DNA of 64,000 nucleotides. Origin: Trichosphaerium sp. ATCC 40318 (taxonomy: Eukaryota > Protista > Tubulinea). Positions within the stretch are counted from its first letter, which is position 1; every line of letters begins with the position of its first letter. Below, in pieces: positions 48,820 to 59,838 of this stretch. The notes beneath the pieces are model-generated. The model did no database searches. It saw only the letters and a list, made by a program, of their open reading frames with translations, and was not told where the DNA came from. Made by a program: the position numbers and the translations under genes. Where the stretch lies: positions 178,938-242,937 of the forward strand of contig JALMLS010000589.1 of the NCBI GenBank assembly GCA_038496445.1, in the 5' to 3' direction.

Positions 48820-49651
48820 CTATTGCATTCTACTCTTTGATTGTTTTTTATCAAGTGGGATTTGGACTTTTTTTAATTCAAGGATAGCGTGTAAGATTGT
48901 ATGGAACGATTCGTCAATATTGGTATTATCTTTTGCTGATGTTTCAAAAAACATACATCCGTAATGGTCTGCAAGTTCTTGTCCTTCTTTCGTAGATACC
49001 TTTCTATCATCTTCTCTATCACTTTTATTACCAATCAAAAGAATAGGTATAGTTTTTCCTCTTGCCCTTATGACAAACACGTGAAAACAAGAAAAACAAT
49101 GAAAAAAAAGAGGAAAAAAAAAGGAAATCCAAACTCTGGTATTGCACTGTTATTGTCAATGTCAAATTATAGTATCATCACTCTCACGGTAGTGGTTGAT
49201 ACTTTAATGTATTTGATGTGCGTACTCGTGAAATTCTTCAAAGTAAGGGACAACAAACTCAAACGACTCTCGGTTTGTGATACTATAAACTAAAACAAAC
49301 CCATCACGTTTGCCTATGAACTAAACAAGTTGTTAAGCTAAGAAATCAAACAAATCTATAACGTACATGGTCTCTTTGGACAGAATAGTCTTGTATACGC
49401 CCAGCAGTGTCGAAAATATTCAGAAACAGCTCTGCTTCATCGACTTTCATAACTTTTCTGTATATATCCTCCATTACTGGATCGTATCTATTATAACATT
49501 ATTTGAAGGTATTCTAAGCGGTTTTATGGTACTCTTCAACAAAAACGTCATGTCTGAAGCGTATTGTGATGGCAGATTTACCAGAACCTTCTTTTCCGCA
49601 TACTACAATATGACACTCATTGTTTCCCTTTTTCTTTTTGGTGTAAAGCAT
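48820..49651 (-). CDS. Atypical Ras-family GTPase, 4 exons, no CAAX cysteine
   Basis: HIVVCGKEGSGKS, EEYDPVMEDIY, IFDTAGRIQDY, IGNKSD, FFETSAK. Ends KKQSKSRMQ*. Confidence 0.88.
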
Positions 49652-49944
49652 TTAACAGCCTGGTAAAAATAAGAAAGTTATTTTAGAAATTCACTGATTA
49701 AGCAGGGTTAGTCTGTATTCCTGAAACACGTAGCGAGACTGAACTTTACAATAAAGTGCATATGATATCAAAGTGAACAACCGACAGGTAGAATCCTGGT
49801 TTATTTACAACCTATAGCTGGCATCGCGAAAGCCAATCTCGTAGCCCGTAGAGTCTCGATAAATTAAATGAAGGACTAGCTTTGGTATAAACCTACCACA
49901 TTACCAGTAAACTCCAACATCTTACCATCACAAGACACAATATT

Positions 49945-51126
49945 ATGCTTTCCGCTTCAAAGGGTTGTAAAATCAACAATAATACTTGTGAGAGTTTGCT
50001 TCAGCTTCCTACAGAGATATTAGCATATATCTTGTGTCAAACAACCAAATCACGATTTGCAGCTTGTCAAACCTGTCGTTTTATTGCTTCTATCATTCAT
50101 GATATTATTGGCTACCACGCTATTAGACTTACAACGTTAACTCAATCAAAATCAGCTGTAAAACATCCTGGTATTGTGAAATGCACAAAAGTTGCCCTTA
50201 GCGGACATGTTTTTGATGACAATGTTATCAAACAATTTGCTGGTGTTCATACTATTTATCTTGATGATGACACTTCAGTAACTGATGTAGGAGTTAAAGC
50301 ACTTACTGGTGTACATACTATTAATCTTGATCGTACTTCAGTAACAGATGAAGGAGTTAAAGCACTTGCTGGCGTCCATACTATTAACCTTAGTCACACT
50401 TTAGTAACTGATGAAGGCGTCAAAGCACTTACTGGTGTACATACTATTAATCTTGATCGTACTTCAGTAACTGATGAAGGCGTCAAAGCACTTGCTGGAG
50501 TTCATACTATTTTCCTCAATCACACTTCAGTAACTGATGAAGGCGTCAAAGCACTTGCTGGAGTTCATACTATTCACCTGAATAGCACTTCAGTAACTGA
50601 TGAAGGTGTCAAAGCACTTGTTGGAGTTCATAGCATTTACCTTGGTAGAACTTCAATAACTGATGAAGGAGTTAAAGCACTTGCTGGCGTCCATAATATT
50701 GACCTTAGTTACACTTCAGTAACTGATGAAGGCGTTAAAATACTTGCTGGGGTTCATACTATTTTCCTTGACATTACTTCAGTAACTGATGAAGGAATTA
50801 AAGCACTTGCTGGCGTCCATTATATTGACCTTAGTGACACTTCAGTAACTGATGAAGGAGTTAGAGCACTTGCTGGAGTTCATGAGATTTACCTTAACGA
50901 CACTTCAGTAACTGATGAAGGCGTTAAAGCACTTGCTGGTGTCCATACTATTGGTCTTGATGACACTTCAGTAACTGATGAAGGTGTTAGAGCACTTGCT
51001 GGAGTTCATGAGATTTACCTTAACAACACTTCAGTAACTGATGAAGGTATTAAAGCACTAAAAGGCGCCCATTATATTGAAGTGCATGATGCAAAAATCA
51101 TAAGGCATACAAGCTCTTTGTACTAA
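49945..51126 (+). CDS. F-box + 13 LRR modules (63 nt / 21 aa; first module 22 aa) + cap, intact, intronless
   Basis: LLQLPTEILAYILCQ F-box and xGVHxIxLxxTSVTDEGVKAL x13. Confidence 0.93.
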   Translation: MLSASKGCKINNNTCESLLQLPTEILAYILCQTTKSRFAACQTCRFIASIIHDIIGYHAIRLTTLTQSKSAVKHPGIVKCTKVALSGHVFDDNVIKQFAGVHTIYLDDDTSVTDVGVKALTGVHTINLDRTSVTDEGVKALAGVHTINLSHTLVTDEGVKALTGVHTINLDRTSVTDEGVKALAGVHTIFLNHTSVTDEGVKALAGVHTIHLNSTSVTDEGVKALVGVHSIYLGRTSITDEGVKALAGVHNIDLSYTSVTDEGVKILAGVHTIFLDITSVTDEGIKALAGVHYIDLSDTSVTDEGVRALAGVHEIYLNDTSVTDEGVKALAGVHTIGLDDTSVTDEGVRALAGVHEIYLNNTSVTDEGIKALKGAHYIEVHDAKIIRHTSSLY

Positions 51127-51535
51127 GAAACAAGTAATAAACCAGTACTGAAATGACTCACAAAAAGTGTAACTGCAATTAAATACCTACCCTCGCTAGC
51201 AATAGAATTCAACACTCAGAATGTTATTTATCAATACAGAGTAGACATGATTCAATATAAAATAGATCTTTAGTGATTTTCGTCTAGAGAGGGTGAGGAA
51301 AATCTAGAAGTTTTCTAGAAGTGTGATAGAAGTGTTTTTTCTCCCCAACCATAAAATAGAGTCCTCAGTTGCCGGACACAGGCTATTACAATCCGGCTGC
51401 ACAGAGTACAGGCAAAGGTATAGGAGCAATCTACAATAATTGATAGTAATCAAAATACAGAGCACACAGTACATGGTATTTTAATGATAGATGTTGTAGT
51501 CAAGTTTTATTGAATCCGGTACTTTAGGTAGAATA

Positions 51536-52867
51536 TTATTTGCCATAACCAGTTGAACCTGAAAGTAAAGCTCTACGCATATCACTATCAATCTGACTTC
51601 TAGGAAAACAAACAAGTAAGAATGTGATGAAAAGAAAGAACACAAGCATTAAAAAGTACGGTTTGCATGGTGAAATAGACAAGCCAACAATATCATCTGG
51701 AGTTGGTATCTGAGCAAATCCACTTGCTGTCAAAGCTTCAGTATTTGTATTGTACATATATGACTCTCCCATTTCTTCTGATCCACAAACAACTAAGATA
51801 TGTGTACTATCGTACACAGCCAATCCTAGTAAACAATGTTATTTTTTTCTAGAACTGTTGTTTACTTATCTTGATTTACCTTTAATGTTTGTACATGGTG
51901 TTGCGATTGCTGATCCCAAAGATGTGCACCGGCCAGGTGGATTTTCTGGTAATCTAGAACGCACAATCATACCGCCATATCCCATGTGTGATATTAGACC
52001 AATTACAACAACTAAAAGATAACAAGTAAACAAAAATCAACAGCTGTTAATAACCGTACTTGGTGCTGCAGTTGGGGGGGATGTTACTAAACGCGCACAT
52101 ACACGAGTACCTTCACATGGTGATGTGAAAGAATTGACGGCAACGCTGTTGTCTATGGTACCATACAGGGTACCCGTTATAGGATCGATATTCATGTTTG
52201 TGTTTGGGCCAATCATACCAGCTTCAGCGCATTCGTCTATCTTCAATATTGCGTTAGAAATAAAAGTACTATCTTAATCTTTATCGTACAGGAGTGCAAC
52301 TTCCAGGTGTCAAAGTTTGTACTATACCAATACCAGGTTCAACTTGGTAAGCTACAATAATATTGCCATTTTCTAGATGCGCTAAACGTAAAACAATGAG
52401 GTTGAAGGGTAACAAAAGGAATATACAGATTTTTTAAAAGCGCCAAAACTAGCCGGAAAAACTTCAATACTTCAAAAGTTCAAATCGTTCAAATTGTCTA
52501 CTTTTTTCCTACAGAATTTCATTTCTCTCAAAATGTATTTTCAAGAAGAAAAAGTTGGATTTGATGCATAAAAAACTGTAGGAGGTTTTTGAATTTCATA
52601 AAAAAATCTTGGTTAATACGCACTCGCAGAAGTAAGGAAGCTATTCGTGGAAACACAGGCTATATTACATTGTAAATATAGAAGAAGAAGAATAAGTGAC
52701 AACTTACGAGAGCTAATAAGTGCTCCAGACTCCAACTCAAATCGTTGAAGAGTACCGGTACCAGAACCAGAGTCTACGTAGTAGGCTACAACAGCTGCAG
52801 TTTGAGCTTTTGATAGTAATACAAGAGATGAAACCAATAAACAAAGGAGAAGTGGTCGTAGATACAT
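51536..52867 (-). CDS. Secreted Cys-rich family member E
   Basis: MYLRPLLLCLLVSSLVLLSKAQ, LQRFELESG, NTNMNIDPITGTLYGT, ends IDSDMRRALLSGSTGYGK*. Confidence 0.85.
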
Positions 52868-53618
52868 TGTTGTTGTTGTTATTGGGGTTTTTGTGCTGAT
52901 ACAATCGTAACCAGTAATGCACATTTCCATTTAATCTTTCAGATCACCATCTTGAGATAGCTCCCCAAAGAAACAGTTAATCCAAGACGTAAAGGTGAAC
53001 GTATGGCTGATTGAAGTTCTGGTTTGAGCTGTTTTTTCGAGACTCCGCAACTCCGTGTCACTGTGTGATCTCAGGGGTTATACACTTTTACCGAAATGAT
53101 GCCGACAACCAACCGAAAAAAAAAGGTGTTGTTAGATACTAATGAAGCGATTAAATGGCTCTGTTCGCTTTTGGTCGGGCTCTTTGCTATGCTCAGGACA
53201 AAATCAGACCTTCGCTCACTTATTGTCAGCAACAGTGAGCCAAAAAGTTGGAATTCCAATAATTTGAATACAAGTTTTCGGTTTCGTTTCAGCGAGCTTT
53301 CGGCGTTGTTGCCGAAATATCGGTAGATTAACTGACCCTCAAGGCAACTTCCTAATAGGGTCACTGATAAACGGTTATGCCCATTGAGCAGGTCAAGCAA
53401 CCTTAAATAGTTCAAGGCAAAACAAAATGTAAAAGAAAGAACATTGGTTGCAACCAAGGTCAAGTATAGAGATAGATACTCCAGTTAGTGCCCTCCATTC
53501 TGTGTTGTGCTGTAAGAGTGTAAGAATCCAAATAAAATGCTTTACACTTCATCTGTCACATTCTTACACATCTGTCATTAAGTAAATCGAAATTTGGTAT
53601 GGCACAATATGAGAGCTA

Positions 53619-54689
53619 ATATCGTGTATCCGTTGACCCAAGCAACCAAAAAAACTCTCTGTATGTAAAAGTAATAAAATTATTCGCAGTGATTATTGTG
53701 TGGTACACGTAGCTTATGGTAGTGCGTTAATGGTAGTGAACAAACTTAAAATAATAAAATTCTGCGTCTTAATAAATAAAGGAAGTCTCTCGCCTTGCAA
53801 TACAATAATGAGCATACCAGCTACACACACATCCGAACTACGTATGAATTAAACAACAACGAACTCGTTTTTGTTAGAAACAACAACAAAGTCTTATATC
53901 ACTTGTTTTTAGTCTCCGACGCGTCATTATGCTTGAAAAAAGATCATAAGGAATTTTCAAAGGAAAGTAAAAGCCCTCCACCATATTACTTTATAATTGA
54001 TCTTGGCGAAGCAAGCACAAAGGATGTAAAGGTACGAAGATGACGAACACGTGATTTTTTAGGATTTTTAAAATTATCACGTGTTTAAAGAAAATGAGCA
54101 CAAAACGTTTCTGTTTTTTCCGTTTGTTGGATAAACATACTAACACCACTTGCTTTGTCTTAGATAAGCGTTCTAGACCCTAAACGAAACGAAGTGAAGA
54201 ATACAGTCAAGTTTTCAATCCAAGGCGTCAAAAGATCGTTCCTATGCGCGTACGAGCCTAAGATTGCTGGAGAACACGAAGTTAATATAAAGTACAGTGG
54301 TACTGCACTTGAGTCAATTTCGGTTCCTGTAAGACTGGGTACGCATCATTTTATGCCCTTACGCTATAATTCTTGTTACGTTTTCGTTTTTTTGTTTTCT
54401 CCTGAATATTTTAAAACGCTATCTTGGCCTGCACGCCTATGTACGGGTATTTAACTAAATATTGTTTTGTTGAATAGAAGCGGATGTCGATGATAAAGGG
54501 CGTGTAAAATATCCAAGGTTTCCTGTTGAGATAGAAAGTGCGTACCTTGCTGTATCGTATGACACAAAGCGTTATAAAGATGATGACGAAGAAGAAGAAA
54601 TAGGTACGGATGAGTTTATTATTAATGTTTCCTGTTCTTACAACGTCTATAGTGCCTAGGAAACAATGTAGTATACAATAAATAAATAA
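53619..54689 (+). CDS. Small protein with one filamin-type Ig repeat, multi-exon; ends uncertain
   Basis: VSDASLC..YYFIIDL..KDVK|ISVLDP..CAYEPKIAGEHEVNIKYSGTALES matches the filamin pattern Y-x-P-x3-G-x-H-x-V-x-I-x-Y-x-G. Confidence 0.6.
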
Positions 54690-54768
54690 TGTCAAAAAAA
54701 AAAACCAAATATTTGGAAACACGTGTTAGCTCCAACTTGCATAGGTAATCACCTATGATTAGTCTGTA

Positions 54769-55419
54769 GTGTATATGTTAGTTAATTGTGTAGACTTAAG
54801 TACCTATATTTATGCTACAGCTGTTGTACATGATAGCTTGAACTTTAACTTTTTTTTATCCAACGAAGATACTGATTTGTTGCAAGCTTGTTTCAGAGTA
54901 CTCTCCTGCAAGGATTCTCTTAAAGCAAATTACTGTCGCAGTTTTGATAAAATTGATCAGTATGAGTGTAACCATGAACGTATGAGTGAGATTTTTTCAA
55001 AGTTATAATATCCTATTGTTGAGGATAACGTAATTTCTTTCCATTTTTATACAACACTCATATTGCCACACCCATCGCTGAGGCGGGCAGCGATTAATAA
55101 TATGAAGCGTCACTTTTTAGAAATGACAATATGCAATTTTGATAAATACAACAGCAGTTACCTCATCAATCTGCGTGAGTACTCACAGAACTTCACTACA
55201 TTTGACAACTTTATTACTATGTATGATAGGCTGACATTGACAAGATTGACAAGAAACAGATTGGCCAAAATTGGTCCTACCATGAACCAGCATTGAGAAG
55301 TCCTTGATGTACTGTACTTGAAGTACTATTGGTCTTGGGTGTCAATGACAGTTGATCCTTGTAAATATGGTACCACATGTTTGAATCTAAACCGGCGAGG
55401 AAAGTTTAGAGAGGTGTAG
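54769..55419 (+). pseudogene. Decayed intronless ORF of unknown family
   Basis: The ORFs at 54769 and 55063 share one frame, interrupted only by TAA (55006) and TGA (55294). Confidence 0.4.
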
Positions 55420-55813
55420 CATCACTGCTACATAGACACTTGTATTGTTTGTATCATCTGCTGAATCTGGATACCCGACTTGAGAATGGCTCAATTGAGT
55501 ATGGGTTCTAAAATATTCTTTGTACCTGCCAAGCGCTAGTGTGTTTCCATTGTATTAAATTTGATGCGATGAAAAGCAATCATAGACATTGTTAGACATT
55601 TAGGGTAAATAAGTGAACTCGAGCTAAACGTGAGACGTAACTCGCCTTGTCACGAAAAATTAACTGAACTTCAAGCGCTCATACATTCACGTTTACACCT
55701 CAAATTATAAGCCGTTGTCTTTGGAGCTATCTCAAGTGATGATGGTGATCTGAAAGATTGAATGGAATTGTGCATTGCGGTTAAGATTGTATCAGCACAA
55801 AAATCCAATAACA

Positions 55814-57077
55814 ATGTATCTACGCCCACTTCTCCTTTGTTTATTGCTTTCATCTCTCGTATTAATAACAAGAGCTCAAACTAGAGCGGTTGTAGCTTAC
55901 TACGTTGAACCAGCAACAACTGGTACTATTCATCGCTTTGAGTTGGAATCTGGAACGCGTCTTAGCAGTACGTTTGTATAATATCTTGTATTTATCTCAA
56001 CTTTACAAGCTTGCTTCTACCCAGATGAGTACCTCACTTCAGTAGGTACGTAACTTATTGCGATAACCTACCTTCGACGGTTTTTATTAAGTTGAATATG
56101 CTTGCCTACTTGATACTACCAGACCACGTGATCAACGTCATATTTTATATTCATGTTTAACCTCCAAGCACAAGAGCGCTGTTTATACAGAAGAATGCTA
56201 TTTTTTATCTCATTTCTTACTTTAGCGTATCTACAAAACGGGAATATTGCTGTTGCTTTTCAGAATATTATGAGCGATGTTGGTTTCGTACGAAGTTTGA
56301 GACCTGGAAGTTGTACTCCGGTACGTTGAGAATATATTTATTAAATTTAACAGCACTCTATACGGTAGGTTGACAGATGTGATGAAATGAGTACATCTAA
56401 CCCAAACACAAACATGAATGTCGATCCTATAACTGGTACCCTGTACGGTACCATAGACACCAGTGTTGCTGTCAATTCTTTTACGTCACTGTGTGAAGGT
56501 ACCCTTGTATGTTCGTCTATGGTATCAGGACCTCCTAGCGCAGCTCCAAGTACGACTAGTAAACATGTAGCTTTATGTTGACTTGATTTTTCTTCTAGCT
56601 ATTGTAATTGGTTCTATATCATACATTGCAAGTGGTAGTGATATTGTGCGTATGAGACTACCAATAAATCCGCCTGATGTGTGTTCGATGCTTGGATCAC
56701 CGATCACAACATCATGTACAAACATTAAAGGTAAATCAAGACAAGTAAACAGTTCTAGAAAAAAATAACATTGTTTACTAGGGTTGGCTGTTTATGACAG
56801 TACACATATCTTAGTTGTTTGTGGATCAGAAGAAATGGGAGAGTCATATATGTACAATACAAATACTGAAGCTTTGACAGCAAGTGGATTTGCTCAGATA
56901 CCAACTCCAGACGATATTGTTGGCTTGTCTATTTCACCATGCAAACCGTACTTTTTAATACTTGTGTTCTTTCTTTTCATCGCATTCTTACTTGTTTGTT
57001 TTTCTAGAAGTCATATTGATAGTGATATGCGTAGAGCTTTACTTTCAGGTTCAAGTGGTTATGGCGGCGGTAAATAA
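55814..57077 (+). CDS. Secreted Cys-rich family member F
   Basis: MYLRPLLLCLLLSSLVLITRAQ, 7 exons, ends IDSDMRRALLSGSSGYGGGK*. Confidence 0.85.
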
Positions 57078-57539
57078 TGACTACCTAACTCTATGAGCAA
57101 TGTTTCAATAAACAATAGACATTTAATGAGTTGGAAACTGGCCTTCGCACATCTACGCTACATAGAATTGACACAAGATTCACAGATAATTAACAAAACT
57201 ATGTTTCCCCCATTGTTACGATAACTACAACACGAAAGTAGTTCAATTCAAGTCCCAATCTAAAAAATGTCTGGTGGACCTGTGGTATGAGAAGTAGTGC
57301 ACTACTGGCTAAACATGTACGTACCTCGGTCTTAGAGATAGCACCGCATAGTTTATATCATAGTTTGTAAAAGTGACTATCCGGAGTTACACAAAATTGG
57401 TATATATAACAATTTAATATTCACGCTATTGTAGCGTTTGTAGAGCAAAGCAGTGGGTGATATCAGCAGATTTGATAATAAAATGTGCATGTGTGTCAGA
57501 TTCTAACAGATGTTTCAAACCTCCCAAATAACAACAACA

Positions 57540-58807
57540 ATGTATCCTCGACCACTCCTCCTTTGTTTATTGGTTTCATCTTTCGTATATGTATCAAGAG
57601 CTCAAAATACATTAGCAGCCGTAGGATACGAAGTGGGTGGTTCCAGGTTTTTCCAACGCTTTGAGTTGGAGTCTGGAACGCTTATAGGCGATCGTAAGTT
57701 CTTACAAACTTTCCTCTCTTTTAAACTTTATTCTCATACCCTGTAGCTTGTGCGCTTGAGCGCGACTATATTGCTTCAATGAGTGCGTCTCAATACAATA
57801 AAACACGTTTTAAGATTTCGGAGTAATTCAAAGCAAAACGACTTCTATTGTTTATAGAACTGAGTTTGCGTTTAGTCAAAACTTCTCTCTGTTCTTTGTT
57901 TATTTCTTTTTAGCGTTTCTACAAAATGGAAATCTTGCTATGGGTCTTGAGGGTGAATTTGATACGAGAGACGGTATGGTACAAACTTATGGACCTGAAC
58001 CAGGTTGCGTTGCCGTACGTCATATTTAAAGAAACAATTTTCTGGAAACTTGAAAACGTTTTGTAACACGTGTATTTCTAGATTGAGAGTTGTACCGAAA
58101 TGGCTACTGCTGCCACAAATACAAACATGAATGTTGATCCTGTAACGGGTACCTTGTATGGTACTTTGGACAATAGTGTCTCTGTCAATTCTTTTGCGTC
58201 ACCTTGTGAACCCACTCCTGTGTGTGCGGAAATTGTAACAGGACCTCCAACAGTCGCAACAAGTAAGACTATTTTCACATTTTGATTTCAATTCTGAACT
58301 AACTATTCTTTTCTTCCAGCTATTGTCATTGGGACGACAGTGTATATGGCAGCTCCATTCGTTAATGAGATTGTTGCTATGCTACTGCCAGACACACCAC
58401 CTGGTATGTGTTCAATGGTGGGTGATGCAGTCGCATCGCCATGTACCAGCATTAAAGGTAAAATCTCAAACTACAAGATAAAAAGCATTAACAATAATCA
58501 AGGGTTCACTGTATTTGACAGTACACATATCCTTGTTGTTTGCGGATCACAAGAAATGGGAGACTCTTACTTGTTCAATATAAATGATGCTAGTTTCGCA
58601 GCAAGCGGATTCGCTCAGATACCTGATCCTGACAGAATTGTTGGGTTAGCTGTAGTAGGTGGAGCAAGTGGAGGTGGAGATACATGTCAAACGTACTCAC
58701 ATTGCGTTTTCTTGCTGTCACCATTCTTATTTTTTTCTAGAAATGAAGTTGACAGTGCTGCGCGTATAGCTCTGCTTTCAGGTTCAAGTGGTTACGATAG
58801 TAAATAA
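57540..58807 (+). CDS. Secreted Cys-rich family member G
   Basis: MYPRPLLLCLLVSSFVYVSRAQ, 7 exons, ends VDSAARIALLSGSSGYDSK*. Confidence 0.85.
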
Positions 58808-59119
58808 TGAACGGTTGAAGGAACATTACTATGTAAAACTTAATATACTCAAGCGTTTGTTGAATTTCAACAATAATCCTTCGGTTGCTTTATTTCTAAA
58901 AGGTGAGAAACACCTTTCTGTCTAATGATGTATGTATTTGTCTTAAATATGCTACGGTATGCTGAGCTTCCAAATCATGGATACAATTGCGCGTAGTTGC
59001 ATTACGTAATTGCACCAAAAGGTTCAAAAGTGAATACATCTGAACAACTTTTATTCCATTAACTTCCTTTTCCACAAATGGTTTTTTTTTTTGGACACAT
59101 TCACGCTTTGTTTTAGTAT

Positions 59120-59345
59120 GAGTGATGACGGTGATCTTAAAGATTATTGGAAATATGCATTATCAGCTAAGGTTGTTTCTCGCTTTCATCTCTTGGATTA
59201 ATATCAAGCTCGAACTAGAGCCGTTGTAGCTTATTACGTTGAACCCCAAACTGGTACTATTCATCGCTTTGAGTTGGAGTCTGGAACCGTCTTAGCAGTA
59301 CGTTTTTATTATATATTGTACTTTACAAGCCTGTCCCGTTACGTG
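59120..59345 (+). pseudogene. Deleted relic (H) of the 5' end of member F
   Basis: Aligns with 55735-56010 (RAVVAYYVEP.TGTIHRFELESG). The ATG and part of the signal peptide are deleted. Confidence 0.75.
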
Positions 59346-59838
59346 ATCAACCAAACTTTGTTTTTAGTTGTTTTGTTTTCCTTCTCTTCAGTCAAGATTG
59401 TGTCATATATCTAGGGTTATAAGACGTTGTATTAGACAAGGTAAGGAGAATTCTAATCTACTACAAACTTATTTACAATGTTTAAGGGAACTTTGTTATC
59501 TACAGAATTGATAAAAACTCACAGATAAATAACAAAACTCTATAATGTGTCAGATATGGTTCTCCCCATTGTTACGACATTTACAACATATAAAAGTATT
59601 GTTCTTCAAGTCTCTAAATAATATCTGGCTAAGTAGTGCACTACTGGCTAAACCGTATAGTTTTACATCATAGTTTGTAAAAGTGACTATCCGGAGTTAC
59701 ACAAAATTGGTATATAACAATTTAATATTCACGCTATTGTAGCGTTTGTAGAGCAAAGCAGTGGTGATATCAGCAGATTTGATAATAAAATGTGTGTCAG
59801 ACACAGGTTCATCCAAAACATCCTAAATAACAACAACA

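Noticed and set aside
50240-51060. 63-nt repeats with short variable parts resembling a CRISPR array (also 31640-32440)
   Set aside because: The units are in-frame LRR codons inside an ORF, the variable parts are only a few codons, and there are no cas genes in this eukaryotic context.
53072-53340. hAT-like element starting CAGGGGTT with CCGAAA/TTTCGG repeats
   Set aside because: No convincing matching right TIR and no TSD. At most a degraded fragment.
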